This document shows, piece after piece, positions 24,575 to 37,700 of a DNA stretch of 64,000 nt. The notes under the pieces were generated by a model that saw only the letters and a list, made by a program, of their open reading frames with translations, was not told the DNA's origin and ran no database searches. The DNA is from Haliotis rufescens (taxonomy: Eukaryota): contig NW_025963879.1 in NCBI RefSeq assembly GCF_023055435.1, positions 1-64,000 on the forward strand. The letters run 5' to 3'. How positions within the stretch are numbered: position 1 is the first letter of the stretch; every line of letters begins with the position of its first letter. The position numbers and the translations under genes were made by a program.

Positions 24575-25784
24575 ATGAGCTGCAGTACACTCGCATTCCT
24601 TGTGGCTACATCTCTTGTGTCACTCAGTGCTACTGATGTTGAAGCTGACCGGAGGCAGAGTCTGAAGACCCTCAAGTCTCATCTTGAGACTCTTTTAGAT
24701 CCAGAATTACCACCGATAAATCCACATTCGAATGCTATTGACGTAGCTATTAAAATCGGGCCAGTGCAGGTTCATGATTTGGTTGATACAACCCAAGTTC
24801 TCACACTGGGAACCAATGTGATAATGCATTGGAAAGATGGCTCTAGTTTGGAATACATCTGACTATTCGGACATCAGTAAAATAGAGATATCTCCAGACA
24901 AGGTATGGCAGCCTAATGTGGTTTTGGGGAGCAAGGCTTTTGATGACGGTCCCTTACGGACAACGATGCCCATTCAGTTGAAAAGTGACGGCTCAGTGTC
25001 TTGGCACAACGTCATGACGATTTCAGTGATATGCAAGACCTTCCTCTCAAGATATCCATTTGATAGCCAGATTTGTCCAATGACATTTACCCCAGGAATG
25101 GGATATGACGTAATCCTGCATCCATCCGTCACTTTTTTCACTCGTGGTTTGAAGGTAGACACTAATGGAGAGTGGGAGACTGTCAACGTTACGTCCTCAA
25201 CATCACCCTATGCCGATGGAAGTACATTCCAGGGTGCAATATTCTATGTTCATCTGTCCAGAAAATACTTGTTCCACATCTTGAACCTGGTTTTCCCAAT
25301 GTGCCTACTATCTTTCCTGAACAGCTTCGTTTTCCTTCTGCCGGCTAGCTCGGGGGAGAAGATGGGCTTTCTCATGGCTGTGTTTGTGTCAAACGCACTG
25401 TTCCTCAATCTGATCCACGCTTCCATGCCGTCAACGTCTGATACTGTTTCTAACCTCTCTCTCTACCTCGTCGCAATCCAAATTGAAGGTTTTCTCGCCA
25501 TCGCTGCCACCATCTTGGTACAGAACGTTTACCACTGCCAGATGAACAGGAAGGAGAGCGGTGCAAAGATGACACAGGTTGTGCCTCAGGATTGCCTCCA
25601 GAATGCCATGGCTAGTCCTATCACTGCTGAGACCCCTACCGTGCATACGGATCGCCAACATGGGGAGACAATGAATTACTCAAAAAAGATAATCCCTTCA
25701 CTGGACAGAAAGCTGGATTGTGTTTTCTTTGTATGTTTCACTGTTTTCGCCATTGTAGGCTTATTGTGTCTCATTTTTGGATAA
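24575..25784 (+). pseudogene. nAChR-like subunit copy B1, frameshifted
   Basis: Near-identical to B2-B5, but a 2-bp (AT) deletion at ~24837 (AAAGATGGCT vs AAAGATATGGCT) splits it into ORFs 24566-24862 and 24837-25784. Could be a sequencing error. Confidence 0.85.
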
Positions 25785-27948
25785 ATGTGTACATGAAAGT
25801 GACACAGATCCCGCTTCAAAGCAAAAAGACGCACGCTTTTTTCAAGTCAACAAAAGTCACGTGATATTGCACAAAGTTACCCTCAGATCCATCGAACAGC
25901 TGTTTTCTAACAATTTTGAATTTGTTTTTATTCTTTTACAATGTCATATTAAAACATGTCAGTAAGATAAATGCGTTGTGGCAGTATCACTCGGGGTACA
26001 TGGGGTTTTATGCGTCTGGTTCGTGACGTAACACCTAACGCAGGACGAATAAAACCACATCTACCCCTCATGATACTGCTACAAATTATATGACACCTTC
26101 GGATACATGATGGCGTGAAATCTGAAAATATCCTCACGCATCCTTGATAATATATTCATTGCACACTGACGTCAAGGCTTCCTTGCATTTAATGGCTAAT
26201 ATATTGTTTCTTCAATATCCTTGACACTATATGTTATTTTCGTTTGTTTTATTTCCAGATTATTTCTTCACTTTGATATTTTAACAACGTGAGACAAATT
26301 GTCTGACATGGCACTTCTCGTTAACTGCATTTGTTATTCAGGGATGTGTTTGGTTTCCTATTCAGGTGGAGTAAAAGATATTGCTACTTACTTTTGTCCT
26401 TAAATTGCTTTCAAATGTTCGCTTTGCAGAGTTGCGTTCCGTGGGGGAACCAGAAAATATGATTATTGGCATGTGTTTTATCACTGCATTTGTTACGAAA
26501 CATTATGACCAAATATTATGTTTATATCAATAACATAACATTTACGCCACTCTCTATGAATCACGGTTACTTTTTTCGCTATTATGTTATATATTTATGT
26601 GCAGATGTGTAATGTGTGTTGTTGGTTTTAAGTAATTATTAAAGTTCCCTATACCGTGATATATTTAACCTCGTTGTATGGTCTATGGTACATAAATTGA
26701 CATGGTTTAAATGATAAGCAGGAAAGCCATTACTGTGCATTAAGAAGTTGCATAAGAAATGGATTTTGTTGATGGGACAATAACAATCTAACAATTGATA
26801 CTTCGTAATTGAAACTGGAGATACTAATGGTGTTACTGTTTGCTTGTTGTTTAACGCCGCACTTTGCAATATCCAAGCTATATGACGGCGGACTGTAAAT
26901 AATCGAGTCCAGACAATCCAGGGATTGACATCATGAACATCGATCCACGAAATTGGCATCGATGACATGCATCAACCAAGTCAGCGAGCCTGACCACCCG
27001 ATCCCGTTGGTCGCCTCTTACGACAAGCAGAGTCGCTTTTTACAGCAAAAGTTGCTGAAGACCTATTCACGGATGATTTGACGGAGGAAAAATACTGGGA
27101 TGTTTTCTACTTTATCAAACATTGATTATTTATATGATATCAAAAGGCTCGAGGATGAGAGTATATTTATTATCCGATTACCCGGAATCAATTATCACAA
27201 ACATATTTGATTAAGTTGGTGAGAACATGAAATTGTGTTGATCGTTAGGACGCACGGAAGAGCAAAAAAACATTCACATGTAGCACTTATTTTATTCGAC
27301 TAACTTTTGCGGCCTTACCGTTTAGTGCGAAACCAATATGAAATCACTGTCATTATATTTACATACGGCTATTAATCCTAAACATAAAGTTAACCAAGTT
27401 CTCTGAAGAAGATTAGGGTAAGAATTACATCTGTTGAGAAATACCGTGGGCATCGGGCTGCAAATGTAAGACAGATATTATCTAAATGTGGTTATGGATG
27501 AACAAACTTACTCAGTTCTATTAACTCTTGCACACAAAGTTAAAGGATATGTTCGCAAAACTGATGTCAATCTTATTCTTCATCTCATAGATTTCTGTGT
27601 ACTGTGTTCTATGTGTCATCGTACCCGACAACGAGTAACGGGATCGGGTGGTCAGCACATGTTTGATAATAACGTTAAAACATTTAGACATTTAGATGTT
27701 CTTCATAAGAGCTTGGAACTGAAGTTGGACCGTCTACTGATATGACAAGGAATACGGGAATATGTACACAGCGCAACCTTCATAGAGTGGAAGATATATA
27801 ACCTGGCATGTCCATTCTTAGTCTTGCACCATGACTATAAAAACATATCTAGAAACGCATACAAAAGCAAGTCTAGCCAGCTCCAGCTAGCTCTATTCCA
27901 CATGAAATCAGCTTAGGGAATTTTTTAATTCAAGAAGGATATTGTGTA

Positions 27949-28982
27949 TTATCATATAATGGGTAGGTTTCTCGGCAGGATAAAGCCAACGGATAAAAAC
28001 GATATCCGTTGGGGTCATATGCGGATAGAGATGCAAATATCAAAGGTCAAGTAGGGACTACTTTCACTGTTTATAAACAAACATGGCGTCGCCCTCGTCA
28101 TTCGGCGATCGAGTCAGAATTAACCATCGGGAATCTGGATAAACTACAGGGATAATTGCTATCATTATCAAAAGAACAGTCTAATACACTAAAAATCAGT
28201 GTCTAACTGTGACGTAGCTAAGGCATTTTATAAGTTTTTGCCAATATATAAATGGTGATATAAATTTCGAAACAATTTTGCGAGGGCACGAGGCCTAGCC
28301 AAGCGGGATCAGTAGCCATATCTGTGCTTGTACACCTCTGCGGCTTGAAACCTTCTCCACAAATTAAAACAGTTGGATTTGGCCGAAATATGTTTGAATT
28401 GTTACCTTGTTTCGTTTTGTCGCTGTGTGAACATCTGACTACACTTCTGAACGTTATGACAGGACAGACCGACTGTCAACAACGTCTGACCGTGGCCGTG
28501 ACGTCTTATAGACTAGGGTTAGAGTAGCTTCCCTTTGACAAAAGGCAGTTACTCTAGCTGACAGACCGATGGATTGCCGCGAAAGGCAATTAAAAACAAT
28601 TGTTGTTTTGCGTATATGCTGCTTCGCCACTGTATAAGATTTATAAGAAACAGATTTCAGTTGGAACTATATTGGCTACTGTCATTGTCCGACTGACACA
28701 TAACTTACCCTGTGACGTAATAAATATTAATGCGCGCATTCCAGGAAAACTCGCAATGTTTCGGTAATGGTTGTGAGAGAGGGAACGCGATTTTCAAGCA
28801 CAGAATTAAAGAATGACATTATATGATAAAGAGGTTATCACGCTTGTGTGTTTGTGGATGGTGAATATCCTGTATTAGGAATAAACACTGTATTTAGCTC
28901 GCCAAGGCTCGCTAAATACAATGTTTATTCCTAATGCAGGATATTTACCATCCACAAACACACTCGCGTGATAACCTCTATA
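27949..28982. mobile_element. ~1-kb insertion specific to unit 2, with terminal ~150-bp palindrome
   Basis: Absent at the equivalent sites of units 1 and 3. TTATCATATAATG (27949) is inverted at 28817, followed by a hairpin at 28830-28980. Confidence 0.8.
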
Positions 28983-31310
28983 TATAAGATTTCATGGACT
29001 AAAGGTTAGTCTAGTCCATACTAAACTCCCTTAGAATTAAGATATACCATTTTAGTATATCCATATACTAGTATATATATATATATGGCTTTGTTAAAAA
29101 GTTCTAATAATTGTGTTTGGGTGTGTTGGTGTGTGGGTGTTTGGGTTGAGTAAGTGAGTGACTGACTGAGTTTAATGCCGCTTTGAACAGTATTTCGGTG
29201 ATGTCATGACGTGTCACTGATTTTGTATTGTTGTCTATTTCTTTTTGTTCATGGTTAAATAAGCATTCTGTAAATGTAGTTTTGTGGACATATTTATCCA
29301 TGAGTTTTGGCTTCAGTATGTTTTAGCGTCTATTGAGTTACAAGCGTACACGTCAGTGTGCGCAATGCCGCTTCCACTCTACATTCTACAACTATCCCTC
29401 CATAAACAGAACTGAAGTATAAAGTTTTAGGAATTCGCATATAAATGATGGCTATGGATTACTTTACCACCTGCTGAAGATGACACTGAGATCTGTTTAA
29501 CTGCCAAGTGTTTCTTTAAATTGAGTTCATGTTTAAAGATCGCCCATGAATTGTGTTAGAAGCTTTTATTGTCTTCACAAGACTTTAAATAGCCACTTCC
29601 TATGCCAATTTACCGGGCGATGCTAGTGGATTTCTCATTTGATTTGTGAATTGTGTTGCAAAACATGTATATATTTATGTGGGTTATAGTCTAGAAACAC
29701 GATTCTGATGGATTTCTCATTCGATTTGTGAATTGCGTTGCAAAACATGTATATATTTATGTGGGTTATAGTCTAGAAACCAGATTCTGGGGGAATTCCC
29801 ATTCGAATTGTGAATTGTGTTGCAAAAAGGTATTGATGTAAATGTATGGGTTTATATGTCCAGAAACAGGATAACACCTATATGTATTAAACTGTTAGTG
29901 CGAGTTTCATTCCATGTCATTTAATATATATCACAACCAAAGAGTTAGTAAGTGGGTTCGCATTGACTAGTATATCATTATATTCGTGTCAGCTTGTGGG
30001 TGGAAAGACTGAAGGGATGCAGGTCTTAGACGTTTACCGCTTTGTGAAATCTGCGAGCACAGCTATAGTGCTGACAAACCTAGAAACATAATCAAGCAGA
30101 CCTGGGATTAATACCATGGGTAATTAATATATGGCACGCCCAAGGGACACGCGTCTCTGCACAGTTGGTTGGTTGGCTGGTTTGTTGTTTAACGCGACAC
30201 TCAGCAATATTCCATCTACATGACGGCGGTCTGTAAATAATCGAGTCTGGACCAGACAATCCAGTAATTAATATCATGAGCATCGATCAACGCAATTGGG
30301 ATGAATGACATCCATCAAACCTCGTCATTGAACCTATGAACAAACCTATGATTGTGGGTTCGAATCCCGGTTCGCCCCGATTATGTATCTAGGTTTGTCA
30401 GCACCATACCCGTGCTCGTGGGTTTCACCGAAGTGGTAAACGTCTGAGACCGCTTTCTTCCCACATTAAGCTGACACGCCGTGATATAACTGGAATACTG
30501 TTAAAAGCGGCGTTAAACCCAACTCACCCACTCACTCACACAATTGGATACCATACACACATCAATATGTTGTGGCTTGGTCATTAGTGAAAGGGGGCAC
30601 GGGTGGCCCAGTCGTCTAAGGCGCCGCGGTTTGCTGTGCAGAGTTGCGTCCCTTGGGCACGCCAGAAACCTATGATTGTGGGTTCGAATCCCGGTTCGCC
30701 CCCATTATGTTTCTAGGTTTGTCAGCACCATACCCGTGCTCGTGGGTTTCACCGAAGTGGTAAACGTCCGAGACCTGCATCACTTCGGGCTTTCCTCCCA
30801 CATTAAGCTGACACGCCGCGATATAACTGGAATACTGTTAAAAGCGGCGTTAAACCCAACTCACTCACTGATTAGTGAAAGGTGCATCTCCCAAGGGAGA
30901 TGATCATCCATCTGTGACGCCACCATAAACATTATTTTATTTTATGTCTTTATTTCGTTCATCGTAATCCCCGCGTGTATTACTCACTCACTCTGAATTA
31001 TTAGAGGCCGCTCAGATGTAATATAGTTGACTGCATCGCAAAACAGTCACCCTTTCAAGTTAACATTTGAGTCATTAAGCGCCTCTTATACCTGTTATCC
31101 CCAATCAGTTCCGTATAGATTCCATTACCTGTAATTTGCCTTTGGAATTGGATGCATACTTAATTGAAATTGGATGTATACTTAATTATGCTGTTAGTGA
31201 AATTCAACAAATGCAACATAACCGATGTCCTGATAGTGACAAAAATCATTTCTGGTAATGCCTTAAGTAAGTCTGACAGTACATGTTATCAGTTTGGGCA
31301 GTAGATACTA

Positions 31311-32705
31311 TACTCACACACAAAATAAACGCAAGTGGTTTTAAGCAAATAGGTAACAAACACGGAACCATAAATTGAAACGAGTTTTAGCATGTAGTGA
31401 AGCCTGATGGTGTTATCAATATTTTTGGTTGCATTTTGGAAGCCCCGAGTAAAAACGCAACATAAAAAACACATCGCCAAAATGCACCATTTCAATGAAT
31501 ATATGGGTATCATGCACCCATTTCTCGCGAAATCAAAAATGCACGAACTGTCACGAACTGTAGGGGGTATAAAAGTGTGGCCGATTCTTGGACCTACCAC
31601 TCCTTGGTTAACAATGCCACGCCTAACTCAAATTCAGAGAAACCAGGCTATCGGACGTTTGGAAGCTGGAGAGTCTGTCCAAGATGTTGCCCGTCATTTC
31701 AACGTTAACATAACCACAATTTACCGTCTCCTGCATCGATACAATGCTACACAGACCACAGATGACCTTCCTCGGAGCGGTCATCCTAGGGTCACCACAC
31801 CTCGACAAGATCGGCAGACACTGCGATCCGACGCCCCGTTCCAACAACCTCAGATGTCGCCGACCAGCACGTCGTCCTGTTCTCCAACCACGGCATCGAC
31901 AAGCACGACTTCAGTGGGCACAGGGTCATCGCAATTGGCGTCATCGTAAGTGGAGGCGTGTCATCTTCTCTGATGAAAGTCGCTTTTGTGTCTCCCATGC
32001 AGACGGAAGAGTCAGAATTTGGCGACGTCGAGGTGATCGTTTCGCTGACAGAAACGTTGTTGAAAGGGATCCATGAGGTGGACCTAGCGTCATGATATGG
32101 GCAGGGATTGGACTTAATGCGAGACTTGGAACCCTGTGCTTTCTGAAAGTTGGTCAAGGTCGGGGACACAGCGTCACTGCTCAGCGGTATATCGACAAAG
32201 TGATCAGACCCATTTTCCAGCAGGACAATGCTCGTCCCCATGTTGCCAGAGCTACCATGGCCTTTCTGCAACAACACAACATCCGTGTTCTACCGTGGCC
32301 AGCCCTGAGGCCTGATCTGGGATGAGGTTCAAAGGCATCTACACAATGTGCGCCCAGTCCCTACAACTGCCCATGAACTACGCACAGCTGCTCTTGATGT
32401 GTGCAGGAGGATGCCTAGGGCCTTCACAAATCGTCTGATCCACTCAATGTACAGGAGATGTGTGGCAGTGATCAATGTTAATGGTGGTCACACCAGGTAT
32501 TGACTGACATTTTGGGTATTGACCCTAAAATGCTGTGTAAGCCCTTAACATTTGAAAAAAATAATTATGTCATCTACCTTTTAATCAATTATACTGTCTT
32601 CAGTCAATTTTTTGTCAATCTTGCCCTATTAGTATGTCTTGTCTTTACTGTTGAAAATAAATAACATGTAAACTGCACACTCGACGTTTCTTTTGAGTGT
32701 GAGTA
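31311..32705 (+). mobile_element. Tc1 transposon (unit 2 copy), defective
   Basis: Same element and flanks. FSDESRF and QQDNARPH are present. Confidence 0.9.
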
Positions 32706-33496
32706 TATTTTATGCCAAATAAACAATGAAATCTGTATCATGTAACCCCACTTACAATTTCACAAAGCTTTAGCACATGAACTTCTCCGTAATTATAGGT
32801 GGCACAGACACAATACACAACACTAACCAAAAAACACAAATATACATTTTTATATGTTACTACCATTTTCATTTTTACCATCCCTTGGGAAACAAAACTT
32901 AAAAGGAACCTATTAGCACCAGCATTTAAAAATACATGTGAATACGTTTTCCCATTCTAGCACTTAACACTATTTACACTTTGAAGACATAAACAATTGA
33001 CAATTACACGATACGATTCCTATTGCCTAATTCCGTGATAGTTATGTTTACATTCTATTTCCACCTGTTGTACAGGTAACCATTTCAACAGCAAACGTGT
33101 CCAGTGGAATGCGTTAATTTGTTTGTTCGCTTAAGACAATGCAATGCTGGATAATGATCGGCACCGACCAACCTCATAGCATTAAAAAACATTCATTTTC
33201 TGATTGATTTTTGTTCACGTGGCGCATTAATGATTTAAGAAATTCAGTTTTGTGCACATCTAGACCAAACAGTTCACCATGGATGTGGATATGAGAAATT
33301 GATTTGCACCGACCAAACCCACCTTAAAACATTCTTATACATTCATTATCTGATTGATTTCGTCAATTCATGTGAGGCACGAATGATTTAAGACAAGCAG
33401 CTTTGTGTAATCTTCACAAAACAGTCCATCATGCTTGATGTGGAAATATAATTCTGTACGTACATTGTAGTTAAACAGACGGAGGTTGTGTTGAAA

Positions 33497-34708
33497 ATGA
33501 GCTGCAGTACACTCGTATTCCTTGTGGCTACATCTCTTGTGTCACTCAGTGCTACTGATGTTGAAGCTGACCGGAGGCAGAGTCTGAAGACCCTCAAGTC
33601 TCATCTTGAGACTCTTTTAGATCCAGAATTACCGCCGATAAATCCACATTCGAATGCTATTGACGTAGCTATTGCAATCGGGCCAGTGCAGGTTCATGAT
33701 TTGGTTGATACAACCCAAGTTCTCACACTGGGAACCAATGTGATAATGCATTGGAAAGATATGGCTCTAGTTTGGAATACATCTGACTATTCGGACATCA
33801 GTAAAATAGAGATATCTCCAGACAAGGTATGGCAGCCTAATGTGGTTTTGGGGAGCAAGGCTTTTGATGACGGTCCCTTACGGACAACGATGCCCATTCA
33901 GTTGAAAAGTGACGGCTCACTGTCTTGGCACAACGTCATGACGATTTCAGTGATATGCAAGACCTTCCTCTCAAGATATCCATTTGATAGCCAGATTTGT
34001 CCAATGACATTTACCCCAGGAATGGGATATGACGTAATCCTGCATCCATCCGTCACTTTTTTCACTCGTGGTTTGAAGGTAGACACTAATGGAGAGTGGG
34101 AGACTGTCAACGTTACGTCCTCAACATCACCCTATGCCGATGGAAGTACATTCCAGGGTGCAATATTCTATGTTCATCTGTCCAGAAAATACTTGTTCCA
34201 CATCTTGAACCTGGTTTTCCCAATGTGCCTACTATCTTTCCTGAACAGCTTCGTTTTCCTTCTGCCGGCTAGCTCGGGGGAGAAGATGGGCTTTCTCATG
34301 GCTGTGTTTGTGTCAAACGCACTGTTCCTCAATCTGATCCACGCTTCCATGCCGTCAACGTCTGATACTGTTTCTAACCTCTCTCTCTACCTCGTCGCAA
34401 TCCAAATTGAAGGTTTTCTCGCCATCGCTGCCACCATCTTGGTACAGAACGTTTACCACTGCCAGATGAACAGGAAGGAGAGCGGTGCAAAGATGACACA
34501 GGTTGTGCCTCAGGATTGCCTCCAGAATGCCATGGCTAGTCCTATCACTGCTGAGACCCCTACCGTGCATACGGATCGCAAACATGGGGAGACAATGAAT
34601 TACTCAAAAAAGAGAATCCCTTCACTGGACAGAAAGCTGGATTGTGTTTTCTTTGTATGTTTCACTGTTTTCGCCATTGTAGGCTTATTGTGTCTCATTT
34701 TTGGATAA
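33497..34708 (+). CDS. Intronless nAChR-like Cys-loop subunit copy B2
   Basis: Intact 403-aa ORF from ATG. Cys-loop CKTFLSRYPFDSQIC, GEK and 4 TM helices. Confidence 0.93.
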   Translation: MSCSTLVFLVATSLVSLSATDVEADRRQSLKTLKSHLETLLDPELPPINPHSNAIDVAIAIGPVQVHDLVDTTQVLTLGTNVIMHWKDMALVWNTSDYSDISKIEISPDKVWQPNVVLGSKAFDDGPLRTTMPIQLKSDGSLSWHNVMTISVICKTFLSRYPFDSQICPMTFTPGMGYDVILHPSVTFFTRGLKVDTNGEWETVNVTSSTSPYADGSTFQGAIFYVHLSRKYLFHILNLVFPMCLLSFLNSFVFLLPASSGEKMGFLMAVFVSNALFLNLIHASMPSTSDTVSNLSLYLVAIQIEGFLAIAATILVQNVYHCQMNRKESGAKMTQVVPQDCLQNAMASPITAETPTVHTDRKHGETMNYSKKRIPSLDRKLDCVFFVCFTVFAIVGLLCLIFG

Positions 34709-37700
34709 ATGTGTACATGAAAGTGACACAGATCCCGCTTCAAAGCAAAAAGACGCACGCTTTTTTCAAGTCAACAAAAGTCACGTGATATTGCACAAAG
34801 TTACCCTCAGATCCATCGAACAGCTGTTTTCTAACAATTTTGAATTTGTTTTTATTCTTTTACAATGTCATATTAAAACATGTCAGTAAGATAAATGCGT
34901 TGTAGCAGTATCACTCGGGGTACATGGGGTTTTATGCGTCTGGTTCGTGACGTAACACCTAACGCAGGACGAATAAAACCACATCTACCCCTCATGATAC
35001 TGCTACAAATTATATGACACCTTCGGATACATGATGGCGTGAAATCTGAAAATATCCTCACGCATCCTTGATAATATATTCATTGCACACTGACGTCAAG
35101 GCTTCCTTGCATTTAATGGCTAATATATTGTTTCTTCAATATCCTTGACACTATATGTTATTTTCGTTTGTTTTATTTCCAGATTATTTCTTCACTTTGA
35201 TATTTTAACAACGTGAGACAAATTGTCTGACATGGCACTTCTCGTTAACTGCATTTGTTATTCAGGGATGTGTTTGGTTTCCTATTCAGGTGGAGTAAAA
35301 GATATTGCTACTTACTTTTGTCCTTAAATTGCTTTCAAATGTTCGCTTTGCAGAGTTGCGTTCCGTGGGGGAACCAGAAAATATGATTATTGGCATGTGT
35401 TTTATCACTGCATTTGTTACGAAACATTATGACCAAATATTATGTTTATATCAATAACATAACATTTACGCCACTCTCTATGAATCACGGTTACTTTTTT
35501 CGCTATTATGTTATATATTTATGTGCAGATGTGTAATGTGTGTTGTTGGTTTTAAGTAATTATTAAAGTTCCCTATACCGTGATATATTTAACCTCGTTG
35601 TATGGTCTATGGTACATAAATTGACATGGTTTAAATGATAAGCAGGAAAGCCATTACTGTGCATTTAGAAGTTGCATTAGAAGGGGCATTGTTGATGGGA
35701 CAATAACAATCTAACAATTGATACTTCGTAATTGAAACTGGAGATACTAATGGTGTTACTGTTTGCTTGTTGTTTAACGCCGCACTTTGCAATATCCAAG
35801 CTATATGACGGCGGACTGTAAATAATCGAGTCCAGACAATCCAGGGATTGACATCATGAACATCGATCCACGAAATTGGCATCGATGACATGCATCAACC
35901 AAGTCAGCGAGCCTGACCACCCGATCCCGTTGGTCGCCTCTTACGACAAGCAGAGTCGCTTTTTACAGCAAGCATGGGTTGCTGAAGACCTATTCACGGG
36001 TGATTTGACGGAGGAAAAATACTGGGATGTTTTCTACTTCATCAAACATTGATTATTTATATGATATCAAAAGGCTCGAGGATGAGAGTATATTTATTAT
36101 CCGATTACCCGGAATCAATTATCACAAAAATATTTGATTAAGTTGGTGAGAACATGAAATTGTGTTGATCGTTAGGACGCACGGAAGAGCAAAAAAACAT
36201 TCACATGTAGCACTTATTTTATTCGACTAACTTTTGCGGCCTTACCGTTTAGTTACCGTTTAGTGCGAAACCAATATGAAATCACTGTCATTATATTTAC
36301 ATACGGCTATTAATCCTAAACATAAAGTTAACCAAGTTCTCTGAAGAAGATTAGGGTAAGAATTACATCTGTTGAGAAATACCCGTGAGCATCGGGCTGC
36401 AAATGTAAGACAGATATTATCTAAATGTGGTTATGGCTATAATAGAATGAACAAACTTACTCAGTTCTATTAACTCTTGCACACAAAGTTAAAGGATATG
36501 TTCGCAAAACTGATGTCAATCTTATTCTTCATCTCATAGATTTCTGTGTACTGTGTTCTATGTGTCATCGTACCCGACAACAAGTAACGGGATCGGGTGG
36601 TCAGCACATGTTTGATAATAACGTTAAAACATTTAGACATTTAGATGTTCTTCATAAGAGCTTGGAACTGAAGTTGGACCGTCTACTGATATGACAAGGA
36701 ATACGGGAATATGTACACAGCGCAACCTTCATAGAGTGGAAGATATATAACCTGGCATGTCCATTCTTAGTCTTGCACCATGACTATGATAAAAACATAT
36801 CTAGAAACGCATACAAAAGCAAGTCTAGCCAGCTCCAGCTAGCTCTATTCCACATGAAATCAGCTTAGGGAATTTTTTAATTCAAGAAGGATATTGTGTA
36901 ATATAAGATTTCATGGACTAAATGTTAGTCTAGTCCATACTATACTCACTTAGAATTAAGATATACCATTTTAGTATATCCATATACTAGTATATATATA
37001 TATGGCTTTGTTAAAGGGTTCTAATAATTGTGTTTGGGTGTGTTGGTGTGAGGGTGTGTGGGTGGGTTGAGTAAGTGACTGACTGTCTGAGTTGAATGCC
37101 GCTTTGAACAGTACTTCAGTGATGTCATGACGTGTCACTGATTTTGTATTGTTGTCTACATCTTTTTGTTCATGGTTAAATAAGCATTCTGTAAATGTAG
37201 TTTTGTGGACATATTTATCCATGAGTTTTGGCTTCAGTATGTTTTAGCGTCTATTGAGTTACAAGCGTACACGTCAGTGTGCGCAATGCCGCTTCCACTC
37301 TACATTCTACAACTATCCCTCCATAAACAGAACTGAAGTATAAAGTTTTAGGAATTCGCATATAAATGATGGCTATGGATTACTTTACCACCTACTGAAG
37401 ATGACACTGAGATCTGTTTAACTGCCAAGTGTTTCTTTAAATTGAGTTCATGTTTAAAGATCGCCCATGAATTGTGTTAGAAGCTTTTATTGTCTTCACA
37501 AAACTTTAAATAGCCACTTCCTATGCCAATTTACCGGGCGATGCTAGTGGATTTCTCATTTGATTTGTGAATTGTGTTGCAAAACATGTATATATTTATG
37601 TGGGTTATAGTCTAGAAACACGATTCTGATGGATTTCTCATTCGATTTGTGAATTGCGTTGCAAAACATGTATATATTTATGTGGTTTAAAGTCTAGAAA

